Made by a program: the position numbers and the translations under genes. Below the pieces are notes generated by a model, which did no database searches, was not told the origin of the DNA, and worked only from the letters and a program-made list of their open reading frames with translations. DNA of 64,000 nucleotides from an uncultured Myxococcales bacterium. GTDB taxonomy: Bacteria > Myxococcota_A > UBA9042. Every line of letters starts with the position of its first letter. Within the stretch, counting starts at the first letter, position 1. The stretch covers positions 10,121 through 74,120 of the forward strand of contig CAJBNH010000137.1 in assembly GCA_903955385.1 (NCBI GenBank). Direction: 5' to 3'. Positions 32,488 through 42,729 of the stretch are shown here, piece after piece.

Positions 32488-33807
32488 ATGCCTAGTCTGC
32501 TTCTGATGACAGCTACTTTTGCCCCGTCGCGTGTCATCGGAGGCCGACGCGCAGAGCGGATCGCTGTGCACCTGTCGCGGGCAGGCTGGCAGGTCACCGT
32601 CCTGACGTTGCACCCGCAGTACATGGCGCCGTTCGACCCCGACTTTCGCGTGGAAGGCGACTTCGAGGTGCTGACCACCCACGCGCTGATGCCCCGCGTG
32701 CACGCCAGAACGCTGCTGCAGTCTCTGCGCAAGGGCGGGTCGGCCACTCCTCCCGGCACAGGGTCCTCTCAGGTTCCCGCGGCTCAGGGTCCGGTCGGCC
32801 AATTCCGCAAGGTCCTTGCCACCAAGGCTCGCAAGCTGCGACCCGGCATCGAGAAGTCCCTGTCGCTGCTGGAATTCCCGGATATGTGGATGGGCTGGGG
32901 GCCGTTTGCCCGTCGCGCGGTGCGGGGGCGGAAGTTCGACGTGGTGCTGGGGACGATGCCGCCGTTTTCGACCGCGCCCATCGCCCGCCGCATCGCCCGC
33001 GACGTGGGCGCCAAGCTGGTGCTCGATTACCGCGACCCCTGGTGCGAGATCCTGTCGCTGAGCACGCCGAACCCCAAGGTGGCCGGTCTGGACCAGCACC
33101 GCCGCCACCGCGAGCTCGAAGATGCGTGTCTGGCAGCGGCGGACCTCGTCATCGGCGTCACGCCGACGATATGCGAGTGGTTGCGGCAGCGCTGCCGGTG
33201 CGAGGTCGCTCTGGTCACCAACGCCTTTGCTTCGCCAGAGCGCCCGCCCGCTCCACCCGATGCTGCACGGCGCCCCCAGCGGTTGGTTTACGCCGGGTCG
33301 CTTGCCTATGGCCGTGACTTGACGCCGATTCTGCTCGCGATGGCTCAGCTGCGGCCGGCATTCGGCCCCGGCGACCTGCGCCTCGAGCACGCCGGTCCTC
33401 ACGGTCAGGTGCTGCGCGAACAGGCGGTGGCACTGGGCGTGGACGACGCGGTGGACGATTTGGGAGAGGTGTCGTCGGCCCGTGCCCTGCAGATGCTGGA
33501 CGGAGCGCTCGCCGGCGTCGTGCTGGTGCCGCCGGTCGTCGAGTACGGCTACCCGGGGAAGATCTTCGAGATTTTGGGGCGTGGCCGTCCTTTGCTGTTG
33601 GTTGCGCGTCAGGGCTCGGACTCGGCGCGGTTGGTCGACCGCCACCAGCTGGGCTGGACGCATGATGCGGCCGACGTGGACGGTTTGGCCGCCACCCTGC
33701 GCCGCGCGCTGGCTGGCGAGGCGCCGGTGCCCCAAGACCTGGACCAGCTGCAGGCGGACACGGTGATGGCCGACATGCAGCGGCGGCTGGCGGCGCTGGT
33801 CGGCTAG
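32488..33807 (+). CDS. Glycosyltransferase family 4 (GT-B)
   Basis: TFAP...GGRR, LSRAGWQVTVLT, LDYRDPW, LVYAGSL and PGKIFE. Confidence 0.88.
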   Translation: MPSLLLMTATFAPSRVIGGRRAERIAVHLSRAGWQVTVLTLHPQYMAPFDPDFRVEGDFEVLTTHALMPRVHARTLLQSLRKGGSATPPGTGSSQVPAAQGPVGQFRKVLATKARKLRPGIEKSLSLLEFPDMWMGWGPFARRAVRGRKFDVVLGTMPPFSTAPIARRIARDVGAKLVLDYRDPWCEILSLSTPNPKVAGLDQHRRHRELEDACLAAADLVIGVTPTICEWLRQRCRCEVALVTNAFASPERPPAPPDAARRPQRLVYAGSLAYGRDLTPILLAMAQLRPAFGPGDLRLEHAGPHGQVLREQAVALGVDDAVDDLGEVSSARALQMLDGALAGVVLVPPVVEYGYPGKIFEILGRGRPLLLVARQGSDSARLVDRHQLGWTHDAADVDGLAATLRRALAGEAPVPQDLDQLQADTVMADMQRRLAALVG

Positions 33808-33829
33808 GGTCGACGGTAACCTTGGACGA

Positions 33830-34597
33830 TTACAGCTCGATCCGCACCTGAGCGCGCGGGTCTCCCACCGCTTCCAGTGTCGCGCGACGGCCTTCGAGCT
33901 TCAGGCGTTCGTCGATGTCGGCCGGCAGCTCGATGCGCGCCTCACCCGACTCGTTGGCCTGAGCCTCCAGCTGCGAGCCGTCCGAGAGCGTCAGCCGCAC
34001 CTGTCCGGCGGCCGCCGGCTTGCGCGCGCACACGAAGGCGGCGCCACGCTTCTGCATCTCGCGTTCGCCCAACGGCGTCTCATGGACACCCAGGCTGAGC
34101 TGCTGCCAGGCCGCGCCCGCAAGCAGCGCCACCCCTACCGCCGTGATGCCGCCAGAGTAGGCCCACCCGGAGGCTTGCGGCATGCTCAACTCGCCCTCTA
34201 CCTCCTGCGTGGGTCTGGTGAACGCCGTGTAGGCCAGCAGCCCTGAGCCGGTCGCCGTCAGCAGGCCTCCGAACAGCCACTCGACCGTCAGCGAGTTGCC
34301 GACGGCCGTTCGCTCTGTGATGCGCACGCCGTCGGCGCGCTGCAGCTGCTCGATGGCGCACCAGTCCACGACCTCGACCTTGGCAACCACGACGGGTCCC
34401 TGCCGCTCGCCCTGCACGGCCAGACCGGGCCCGAGTGGCACGCGGTGGGTGCGCGGCGCTTCCAACGGGTTGGCGCGAACCCGCGACGTCTGCTCGATGG
34501 CGGCGCAGCCCGGCACGACCCCGTTCAACAGGCAGACGATCAGTCCAACGCCGCTCGTTCGCTTCAGAAAACCGACCAGTCGTGAACCGCGGTTCAT
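33830..34597 (-). CDS. Hypothetical membrane lipoprotein
   Basis: Start overlaps the aroC stop (ATGA); VPGC lipobox-like; two internal hydrophobic helices. Confidence 0.65.
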   Translation of the reverse strand: MNRGSRLVGFLKRTSGVGLIVCLLNGVVPGCAAIEQTSRVRANPLEAPRTHRVPLGPGLAVQGERQGPVVVAKVEVVDWCAIEQLQRADGVRITERTAVGNSLTVEWLFGGLLTATGSGLLAYTAFTRPTQEVEGELSMPQASGWAYSGGITAVGVALLAGAAWQQLSLGVHETPLGEREMQKRGAAFVCARKPAAAGQVRLTLSDGSQLEAQANESGEARIELPADIDERLKLEGRRATLEAVGDPRAQVRIEL

Positions 34598-35772
34598 GCC
34601 CCCTCCAGCCCGGCGACGACCTCGATGCGTGCCGGGCGCAGGGCGTGGTCGGCCAGCACCAGCGCAACGGCTGCCTCGACGATGGCGACGGCCCGCGGCA
34701 ACACACACGGGTCGTGGCGGCCGGTCACCGTTGTCGCTTGAGGCGGTCCTTCGGGGCCAATCGCTTGCTGCGGCTGCGGGATCGTGGCGACGGGCTTGAA
34801 CGCGACATCGACGACCAGCGGCATGCCGGTCGAGATCCCGCCCAACAGGCCGCCCGCGTAGTTGGTGGCGGTGCCGACCGCGCCGGAATTCTGCCGTACG
34901 AACGGATCGTTGTGCTGGCTGCCCCGCATCGACGCGGCGGCAAATCCGCTGCCGAAGGCGACGCCCTTGACGGCCGGCAGCGACCCCAGCGCGTGCGCCA
35001 GGCTGCCCGACAGCTTGTCGAACACGGGGTCCCCCCAGCCCGCCGGCACACCAAACACCACGCAACGGATGACGCCGCCCAAGCTGTCGCGGTCGCGCCG
35101 TGCGTCGTCCAGTGCCGCGAGCATCCGGTCGCTCGCCGCCGCATCGGGGCAGCGCACCGGACTCGCATCGACCTGCTCACGCGTCAGCGTCCACGGGTCG
35201 ACCGCGTGGTCCATCGGCTCGGGTCGCTGAACCGTCAGCTGCGCCGGATCTGGCGAGTCGGCGGTCACCGGCCCCATTTGCTGCACCCACGCCACGATCC
35301 GCACGGGAGGTCGCCGACTCGCCGTCGCCAGCGCTTCCAGCACGGCCTCTGCCACCGCTCCCGCCGCCACACGCCCGACGGTCTCTCTGGCGCTGGCCCG
35401 ACCGCCGCCCCGTGGGTCTCGATGTCCATAACGGGCGTGCCAGGTGAAGTCGGCGTGGCCCGGCCGAAACACATCGGCCAACCCCTCGTAGTCTTGAGAC
35501 TTTGCGTCCGTGTTTTCGACCATCACCGCGATCGGCGTGCCGAGCGTCCGGCCCTGGTAGACACCACTCAGGATGCGCGGTTCATCGGCTTCCGCGCGTG
35601 CGGACGTGTGCGGTCCTTGCCCCGGGCGTCGCCGCGCCAGCCAAGCAGAGATTCGCGAGGCATCCAGCGGGACGCCCGCCGGGCAGCCGTCGACCACGCA
35701 GCCCACCGCCACCCCGTGGGACTCGCCAAACGTGGTTACCCGCAACGCGTGTCCGAAGCTCGAACCCGGCAT
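34594..35772 (-). CDS. aroC: Chorismate synthase
   Basis: TTFGESHG, RPGHAD, GGGRASARET, GGLLGGIS, FKPVATI and GRHDPC. Confidence 0.97.
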   Translation of the reverse strand: MPGSSFGHALRVTTFGESHGVAVGCVVDGCPAGVPLDASRISAWLARRRPGQGPHTSARAEADEPRILSGVYQGRTLGTPIAVMVENTDAKSQDYEGLADVFRPGHADFTWHARYGHRDPRGGGRASARETVGRVAAGAVAEAVLEALATASRRPPVRIVAWVQQMGPVTADSPDPAQLTVQRPEPMDHAVDPWTLTREQVDASPVRCPDAAASDRMLAALDDARRDRDSLGGVIRCVVFGVPAGWGDPVFDKLSGSLAHALGSLPAVKGVAFGSGFAAASMRGSQHNDPFVRQNSGAVGTATNYAGGLLGGISTGMPLVVDVAFKPVATIPQPQQAIGPEGPPQATTVTGRHDPCVLPRAVAIVEAAVALVLADHALRPARIEVVAGLEGA

Positions 35773-35795
35773 ATCTCCCTCCTCGCACTCAACCG

Positions 35796-37523
35796 TCAGT
35801 ACAGCTTCTCGAGTCGTGCGCCGCCGTAGTAGTGGCCCAGAATTTCCCTGAAGTCTTGCCCGGCCTTGGCCCGCCCCACCGCACCTGTCTGGCACATGCC
35901 GACGCCGTGGCCGAAGCCTGCTCCCCGAAACGTCCATTCTCGCGGCAGGCCATCAGGTCCTGGCGCACCAGCCTGGACCAGGAACAGCGACGACCGCAAG
36001 CCGGCTGGCCCCGCAGAGCCGCCTAGAGCCTTGCGAATCCGCAGCTCGCCGTCCAGCGCGACCGTCTTGCCGTCGTCCATGTCCAGCGCCACCCGGACCG
36101 CCCGTCCCGATACCCCGCGCTGCAACACGCGAATCGCCCGGACGTGGCCCGCGATGCCCTGATCGGCCAGCGACCGACCCAGCTCTGCGGCGGTCCGCAC
36201 GACTGTCCACCGCAGCGCGGCGGCATTCTCGCCTGCCCTCGCCGCCCAGCTGGCGTCCGGCGCTTGAATCAGCGCGGCCACCGCCCGCTCGGTCGCACCG
36301 TTCTGTAGCGGGTCTGCGACGTTCGGGGGCAAGTCGGCGCGGCCGCGCAGCTCTGGCTGGGGCAGACCGGGCCAGACGAGCTCGTTGTGCTCGGTGTGGC
36401 CGCCGCTGACCGCGTGGTAGTAGGCGTCGAGCAGGCGTCCGTCCTGACCGATCAGCACCACGCCGCGCGTCGCGGCAACCGCCTGCGCGATGTCGGGACT
36501 GACCCGCTCAACCCCCCGATAAGCCTGACAATGCACCTGATTGCACAGCGCGTAGGGGTCTGACGCGTGGCGCGTTCCCAGCTTGGCCAGCATGTCGGTG
36601 CGGGCAGCGACGGCCTGAGCGCGCATGGCCTCCGGGGGCGCGTCGCGGAAGATCTCAGCGGCCACGACGCCCTGCAGGATCCGCTCGACCTCTGCCTCGT
36701 TGACGACCTCGAGCCCCCCGCGCGGCCCCGGCACGACGTACACGCGTCCGGGAAGCGAGAGTTGGGTCTTGCGGCCGTTGCGCGTGCCGGCGACCAGCAA
36801 CAGCGACTGCCGGTTTTTCGGCACGTCGGCCTCGAGCCAAACGGCATCGGCCACGCGGGCTTCGGCCGCCCCGCTGCGCACGCGCAGGGTTCCGGAGGGA
36901 GGACGGCCGACCACCGACTGCACCGTCAGCTCGGCGGCGAACTTGCGTCCCAATTCCATCGCCTGGTCTCGCGCTTCACCTTCGGTCGCGAACACCTCTC
37001 GCAGACACAGCAACGTTCGCCGCGTGTCCAGCGTCCGGTTGCCCAGGCTGAAGGTGGTGCCGCTGCCCAGTGCCTCGACCGCGACGCCTCGTCCCTGCCA
37101 CAGCGCGCGCAGGCGACGCAGCGACTCGAGGTCGTTTGCCGCTGCTTGGGCGAGCACAACGTGGTGCTCCGACGTCCCCACCGACGTGTCCAGCCCGTCA
37201 ATCCGCACCGTGCGACCCGCAGGCACCGTCAGCACCAGCGGCCCGTCGACGCCGGCAAGCACACGCAGCCCCTGCGGCGCCGACACCACGACTTCGCCCT
37301 GCCGCTCCAACACCGACATCGGCAGCAGAGGTGTGCCCGATTCATCCAGATGCACATCGGTTCGGTACAGCGACGCCGCGCGATCGGCGGGTCCCAGCAG
37401 ATCGGCCCGGGCCAGCGCACCGGGAGTCGCCAGCAGCACGCACGTCACGGCACACGCCAACCATGCCCCGGGCGTGCGGGGATTGCGGCGGCGAGAGGCG
37501 GCGATCGGCAGCGTGTGGGGCAT
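35796..37523 (-). CDS. SpoIID/LytB domain protein (lytic transglycosylase-like)
   Basis: GVVAAEI, EAMRAQAVAART, HCQAYRG, YHAVSGGHTE, GAGFGHGVGMCQTGA and ILGHYY; signal peptide. Confidence 0.9.
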   Translation of the reverse strand: MPHTLPIAASRRRNPRTPGAWLACAVTCVLLATPGALARADLLGPADRAASLYRTDVHLDESGTPLLPMSVLERQGEVVVSAPQGLRVLAGVDGPLVLTVPAGRTVRIDGLDTSVGTSEHHVVLAQAAANDLESLRRLRALWQGRGVAVEALGSGTTFSLGNRTLDTRRTLLCLREVFATEGEARDQAMELGRKFAAELTVQSVVGRPPSGTLRVRSGAAEARVADAVWLEADVPKNRQSLLLVAGTRNGRKTQLSLPGRVYVVPGPRGGLEVVNEAEVERILQGVVAAEIFRDAPPEAMRAQAVAARTDMLAKLGTRHASDPYALCNQVHCQAYRGVERVSPDIAQAVAATRGVVLIGQDGRLLDAYYHAVSGGHTEHNELVWPGLPQPELRGRADLPPNVADPLQNGATERAVAALIQAPDASWAARAGENAAALRWTVVRTAAELGRSLADQGIAGHVRAIRVLQRGVSGRAVRVALDMDDGKTVALDGELRIRKALGGSAGPAGLRSSLFLVQAGAPGPDGLPREWTFRGAGFGHGVGMCQTGAVGRAKAGQDFREILGHYYGGARLEKLY

Positions 37524-37679
37524 GACCAGCAGGTCGCGGGAAAGGGGCACGCGCGTGGGCGGGCAGAGGTGCGGCGGAGGGTGCGCGTCCCGGTCGATCT
37601 ATGCAAGTCAGCCCTAGTCAAGCATACTCCGCGCGGGCATTGCCCCCCTTGGGCGTCTTTCCCCCGCCACGGAAGTTCG

Positions 37680-38969
37680 ATGGCCTCAGTCCACCAACGC
37701 TACCGCATCTTGTCGAAGCTCGACGCGGGCGGCATGGCGGAGATCTACCGCGGGGTGGCCATTTCCATCGAGGGCTTCGAGAAGCCCGTCGCGATCAAGC
37801 GCATCCTGCCGTCGCTGTGCCAAAACCAGAAGTTCGTCACGATGTTCCTGGACGAGGCGCGGCTGTCCATGCAGCTGAACCACGCCAACATCGTGCAGAT
37901 CTTCGATCTGGGCCAGGTGGGCGACACCTACTTCGTCGCGATGGAGATGGTCGAGGGCGCCAACCTGCGCCGCGTGATGCAGCGCTCCGTCGACCTTGGG
38001 TTGCACATTCCGGTGCCGATCGGCTGCTTCCTGATCATGGAGACGGCCAAGGCTCTTGCTTACGCCCACGAGAAGACCGGCCCGAACGACCAGCCTTTGG
38101 GCATCGTCCACCGCGACGTGTCGCCGCCAAACGTGCTGCTGTCACGTCAGGGCGAGGTCAAGCTGACGGACTTCGGTCTGGCGCGCGCGGCCACCAATGC
38201 TCAAGTGACCGATCAGGGCGTGGTGAAGGGCAAGTACGCGTACCTGTCACCCGAAGCCGCCGACGGCAAGCCGGTCGACCCTCGTGCGGACATCTACTCG
38301 TGCGGCATCATCCTGTGGGAGCTGCTGTGCGGCCGTCGCCTGTTCGCCGGCAAAAGCGACCCTGACACCGTCGAGCTGGTGAGGCAGGGCGTCATTCCCA
38401 AGCCCAGCTCGGTTCGGCCCGAGGTGGACGAGGAACTCGAGCGGATCGTGCTGCGTGCGCTGGCCAAGAACGTCAAGCGCCGCTACCAGAGCGCCCGCGA
38501 GCTGGAGCAGGACCTCGCCGCCTACCTCTTCAAGAACAACCTGCGCGTCACCGGCAACGATCTCGCGGCCTTCCTGCGCCTGACGGCCGGCGAGGGTCAA
38601 CTGGGCGAGTCTCAGGTCGATATCGGCGCATTGTTGCGCGCGGAGCTGGACGAGCTGGCACGGGTCGGTCGTCTGGACATGACGTTGGGCCAGGTGCCGC
38701 TGAAGCCCAGCGATCTGCAAGCGCAAAGCACGTCGACGCTGGGGGTGGCGGGACTGCTAGAGCGCCTGAACGAGGTGCCGCTCGACGACCTGGCCGATGA
38801 CGCCAGCATGACGGTCAGTCTGGCCGAGCGGCTCGAGGGGCAGGTCGAAGCGTCGAAATCGGGGTCGAAGACGGTCGGCAAGCCGCAGCGGCTGCGGCGA
38901 TGGGCCTATGCAGCTGCCGCGGCGGCGGTGGTCCTGCTCGCGGCCGTCGCCGTCTGGATCAGGGGCTGA
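37680..38969 (+). CDS. Myxobacterial Pkn-type Ser/Thr protein kinase with C-terminal TM anchor
   Basis: GGMAEIY, VAIKRILP, MFLDEAR, HRDVSPPN, DFGLA, GKYAYLSPE; hydrophobic C-terminus. The N-terminal extension in the ORF track is an antisense shadow of the SpoIID gene. Confidence 0.93.
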   Translation: MASVHQRYRILSKLDAGGMAEIYRGVAISIEGFEKPVAIKRILPSLCQNQKFVTMFLDEARLSMQLNHANIVQIFDLGQVGDTYFVAMEMVEGANLRRVMQRSVDLGLHIPVPIGCFLIMETAKALAYAHEKTGPNDQPLGIVHRDVSPPNVLLSRQGEVKLTDFGLARAATNAQVTDQGVVKGKYAYLSPEAADGKPVDPRADIYSCGIILWELLCGRRLFAGKSDPDTVELVRQGVIPKPSSVRPEVDEELERIVLRALAKNVKRRYQSARELEQDLAAYLFKNNLRVTGNDLAAFLRLTAGEGQLGESQVDIGALLRAELDELARVGRLDMTLGQVPLKPSDLQAQSTSTLGVAGLLERLNEVPLDDLADDASMTVSLAERLEGQVEASKSGSKTVGKPQRLRRWAYAAAAAAVVLLAAVAVWIRG

Positions 38970-39003
38970 CGAGAGATGACAACTTTCTGGAAGTGTTGAA
39001 GTT

Positions 39004-39020
39004 TTTGTGGACGCCACAAA
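39004..39020. promoter_or_regulatory. Perfect inverted repeat, operator-like
   Basis: TTTGTGG-ACG-CCACAAA in the AT-richer intergenic region upstream of the O-antigen-ligase-like gene. Confidence 0.3.
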
Positions 39021-39119
39021 CATCGTCGAACGCTCACAGACATCGGCCGCGCGAAGTGTCCAACTGATGCGGAAACGGTTCCCGCGTGATCTTCCTTGCT
39101 CCGTGATACCGAGGTGGGC

Positions 39120-41696
39120 GTGCCGCTCGAAGCCAAGCAAGACGACCTGAGCCAGAAGACGCCACGGACCCTGCGAGACGACTCGTGGGTCCGACGCACG
39201 TCGCGATGGGTTTCCCGTTCGTGCCTCGCTCTCGCGGTCCTCGTGGCTGTGCTGTGGCAGGGCGGGGTGTCTCTGGAGGCCGTCGCGTTGGTGGGTGCGC
39301 TGGTGACGGGGGCGTGGCTGTTTGCCTTCCCGGCGAAGCCGCACAAGCCGCCGCGCGTGAGATTTGCCCTGCCTTGGCTCGGGTTGGGGGCGGTGACGGC
39401 GCTACAGGTCATTCCCTTGCCCCGAGGTCTGGTGGCATGGCTGCACCCGCGGGCGGTCGAGATCATCGACGCCGGTCACCGCGCGATGGGCCTCGCCGTG
39501 CCGGACTTCATGCCGATTGCCCTTGCGCCCAGCGATGCGGCTTTGCAGGCGGCGCTGTTCCTGATCGCGGGCGTGGCTGGTGCGGTTGGATCGGTCGTCC
39601 TGATGGGTTCCGGCGGCCGCGAGTCAGTCGACCGGCTATCCACCGGCATCCTCGGCCTCGGGCTCTTGAGTTCCTTGTGCTGGGTCAGTTCGCACGACCC
39701 GGCACTGACAGAGCTCTTGGGCCTGACCCTGTCCGAGGGACTCGCGAAGGTCGCCTTCGTGAACCCCAACCATCAGGCAGGGCTTGCCAACGTCGCGCTG
39801 GCGCTGCTGCTTGGCCGCACGGTGAGGGCTCCGACCCTTGGTCTGCAGATGCTCTACGGCATCCTCGCGATGGGGCTTGGGGTGATGATCCTGGTCATCG
39901 CGTCGCGCGGCGGCATCGTCGTGTTGGGCGTCATTCTCGCCCTGACCGCGCTGGCGCTGCCGCAGCCCGCACCCGGCACCCGTCGTGACCCGCGCGAGGA
40001 GTGGCTTCGACAGCGCCAGACCCTTGCGGCCGGAGGGTTGGTCGTCCTGTTGCTGGCTACGCTCGTCGCGATGCCGGTTTTGGAACGCGAATTCAGTCAG
40101 TCGCCGGAGCTGCACGCAGAGCCCAAGATCCAAAGCATCATGCACCTGCCCGACTTGGTCGCTGGCAGCTTCATGTTCGGCATGGCTCCGGGCAGCCTTC
40201 CCGTAGTCGCCGGCCAGAATGCTGAGTTTGGCCCTGTGCGCTTCGAGTTTGCCGAGAACCTGATCGTGCAGCGGATCATCGACCAGGGCGTGTTCTTTGG
40301 GCCTCTCTTTCTGATCGTGCTGCTGTGGATCGTTTGGGGGATGGTGCGCCGACGGCAGGGCGTCCCGGAGGCGCCGGCTCTTCTCATCGCCGTTATCGCA
40401 TTCCTGATGTCCAATCTGGTCGACTTCTCCAGCGAGATTGCCGGAGGTCTGCTCGTCGCCATTGCGCTCGCCACCGCGCTGGAGCGCATGCTGCCGTATC
40501 CGGGACAGATGCCGTCCCGTCCTGACCGCGCCAAGCACCGTATGCACCGACGGGTGCTCGTGGCTGGCGGCCTTGGCCTCGCGACCGCGGCAGGGATGCT
40601 GCTGGTAGCTCGGCAGGGCATGACACGGGATACTCCGGAGCGATTGCAAGGACTGAAGCCTGCGGCGATGGCCCACGAGATAGGCCAGCATTACGCGCAT
40701 CACCACCACGCCTTCTACCTGCTCGCCCGGGCAGCGTTGCTTGAGGGGGACCACAAGACGGCCCATGCGGCGCTCGACCGCGCCGTCGCCCTGCGCCCGG
40801 ATAGCCGACACGCCCGGTTGTTCCGTCTGGCACTGTTCCTCAGCATCGGCCAGCCCCAAGCCGCCGTTGCCGACATGGTGTGGCTGCTGGATCACAGCCT
40901 CGGAATGAGCGGCGACCCAAACACCCCCGACCCGACCACCCGCGCGCTGAGGCTGTGCGCCGACTACCGAGGCGGAGACGAGGTCCTGCTGCAGGCGGTG
41001 CTGCTACGGCCTGAGAAGAGCTTGAGCGTGGGACAGTTCCTTCAGAATCAGCGGCCTGCGCTGGTCGAGACCATCGCGCTTGCCTTGCGCAAGAAGTATC
41101 CGCAGCGGCGCTACGGCATCGAGGTTGTGCGCGGCCGCATCTACGTCAAGCGTGGCAACTTCGAGCCGGCGCGCCAGATCGCCATGAAGCTGCTGTCCGA
41201 CGAGTCCACACGGCTCGACGGCTATTCTCTGGAGGGCACCATCCAGGGCCACAGCGGCCACCCCGACATCGCCTATCACATGTTCCGCGAGGTGTGTGAG
41301 CAGACGCCTGGCGACGTGGAGTCCTGCATGTTCGCGGTAGAGGCTATCCTGTCAGCAAACAAGCCTCAGGACGCTATTGACTTTCTGACCAGCGTCCAGG
41401 GACGCTTGAACGGCGGCCCGGAAAACGCTGCGTTCTTCTGGGCTTCCATGGCCAGGGCGCAGCTTCAGCTCGAGCGAAACGCCGATGCCCTCGTCTCTGC
41501 CGGGTTGGCACAGGGACTCGCCGGCGAGAAGAACAACGAAGTGGCCGTCCTGTTGGCCGAGTGCAACCTGAAGATGAGTCAGGTGCGCGAAGCCCGAGAC
41601 CTGCTCGACGCCGTGCTGCGGCGCTCTCCCAAACATCCTGACGCGCTGCGGCTACGGGCGGAGATCGAGCAGGACGCGGGCCCCCTGAAGCCGTGA
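39120..41696 (+). CDS. O-antigen ligase (Wzy_C)-family membrane protein with C-terminal TPR region
   Basis: LQVIPLP, FVNPNHQAG, SRGG, ENLIVQ...G, NLVDFS; about 12 TMs followed by TPR-like helices. Start is GTG 39120 (GAGG RBS) or TTG 39096. Confidence 0.8.
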   Translation: MPLEAKQDDLSQKTPRTLRDDSWVRRTSRWVSRSCLALAVLVAVLWQGGVSLEAVALVGALVTGAWLFAFPAKPHKPPRVRFALPWLGLGAVTALQVIPLPRGLVAWLHPRAVEIIDAGHRAMGLAVPDFMPIALAPSDAALQAALFLIAGVAGAVGSVVLMGSGGRESVDRLSTGILGLGLLSSLCWVSSHDPALTELLGLTLSEGLAKVAFVNPNHQAGLANVALALLLGRTVRAPTLGLQMLYGILAMGLGVMILVIASRGGIVVLGVILALTALALPQPAPGTRRDPREEWLRQRQTLAAGGLVVLLLATLVAMPVLEREFSQSPELHAEPKIQSIMHLPDLVAGSFMFGMAPGSLPVVAGQNAEFGPVRFEFAENLIVQRIIDQGVFFGPLFLIVLLWIVWGMVRRRQGVPEAPALLIAVIAFLMSNLVDFSSEIAGGLLVAIALATALERMLPYPGQMPSRPDRAKHRMHRRVLVAGGLGLATAAGMLLVARQGMTRDTPERLQGLKPAAMAHEIGQHYAHHHHAFYLLARAALLEGDHKTAHAALDRAVALRPDSRHARLFRLALFLSIGQPQAAVADMVWLLDHSLGMSGDPNTPDPTTRALRLCADYRGGDEVLLQAVLLRPEKSLSVGQFLQNQRPALVETIALALRKKYPQRRYGIEVVRGRIYVKRGNFEPARQIAMKLLSDESTRLDGYSLEGTIQGHSGHPDIAYHMFREVCEQTPGDVESCMFAVEAILSANKPQDAIDFLTSVQGRLNGGPENAAFFWASMARAQLQLERNADALVSAGLAQGLAGEKNNEVAVLLAECNLKMSQVREARDLLDAVLRRSPKHPDALRLRAEIEQDAGPLKP

Positions 41697-41901
41697 AGTC
41701 CGGCGCACCGGGGGCGGGAATACGCGACGGCGTCGGCTCCGTTGACACCGAAGGGCGTTCGCCATTAGCTTGCGCGCGGGCTGACGCGGCGCGTCATCGA
41801 CGGGGGTCGCGGCCCATCCCGAGCAGACGATGCAAGTCTTCGCCGTGCGGCCATCGCGCGGCAGTCCAACGGCCGACCCTCGGCCATAGGAGCGAGTACC
41901 G

Positions 41902-42657
41902 ATGAAGATCCTCGTGTCCGCCAAGCGCGTCAGCGATCCCAACGCCAGGCTGAACATCAGCCGCGACGGCAAGTGGATCGAAGGCGATGTCGAGTACATC
42001 CTGAATCCCTTCTGCGAAAATGCGATCGAGTGTGCGTTGCAGCTCGCCGAAGCCCATGACGGCACCGAGACGGTTGCCGTCGGCATCGGCGACGACGAGA
42101 CGGCCCGCTTCATCCGCCAGGGGGCTCTGGCCCGCGGCGTCGACCGGGGCATCCTCGTCGAGGCCGATGAGGCCGTGATCGACTCGGACGTCATCGCCCG
42201 GATCTATCAGGGACTGTGCGAGCGAGAGCGCCCCGACATCCTGTTGCTGGGCAAGCAGGCCATCGACGGTGATTCGAATCAGGTGGGCCAGCTCGTGGCC
42301 GAGTATCTGGGCTGGCCGCAAGCGACGTTCGCCTCCAAGGTCGAGATCCAGGGCGACGAGGTCATCGTGCAGCGCGAGGTCGATGGCGGCCTCGAGACGA
42401 TCGCCCTGACCATGCCCTGCGTCATCACGGCCGACCTGCGCCTGAACGAGCCACGCTATGCGTCGCTTGCGGGCATCATGAAGGCCAAGAAGAAGCCGTT
42501 GGACGAGCTGGAGATGGACGATCTGGACCTCGACAGCACGGACCCCAAGGTTCGCGTCGTTGCGATGTCGACGCCGGCCGGCCGCAAGGCGGGCGTCATG
42601 GTCAAGACCGTCGACGAGCTGGTCCACAAGCTGAAGACCGAGGCGCGCGTGGTGTGA
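41902..42657 (+). CDS. etfB: Electron transfer flavoprotein beta subunit
   Basis: MKILVSAKRV, NPFCENAIE, GKQAIDGD and LNEPRYASL...KAKKKP. Confidence 0.96.
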   Translation: MKILVSAKRVSDPNARLNISRDGKWIEGDVEYILNPFCENAIECALQLAEAHDGTETVAVGIGDDETARFIRQGALARGVDRGILVEADEAVIDSDVIARIYQGLCERERPDILLLGKQAIDGDSNQVGQLVAEYLGWPQATFASKVEIQGDEVIVQREVDGGLETIALTMPCVITADLRLNEPRYASLAGIMKAKKKPLDELEMDDLDLDSTDPKVRVVAMSTPAGRKAGVMVKTVDELVHKLKTEARVV

Positions 42658-42729
42658 TCGGACCCGGTGCCGCCTACGTCGATGGACGGACAGGGGCCGG
42701 CATCCGAACGCATGGAAGGAGCTGAACTC

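Noticed and set aside
36567-37679. Apparent long N-terminal domain on the Ser/Thr kinase
   Set aside because: Antisense to the SpoIID gene. The kinase begins at ATG 37680.
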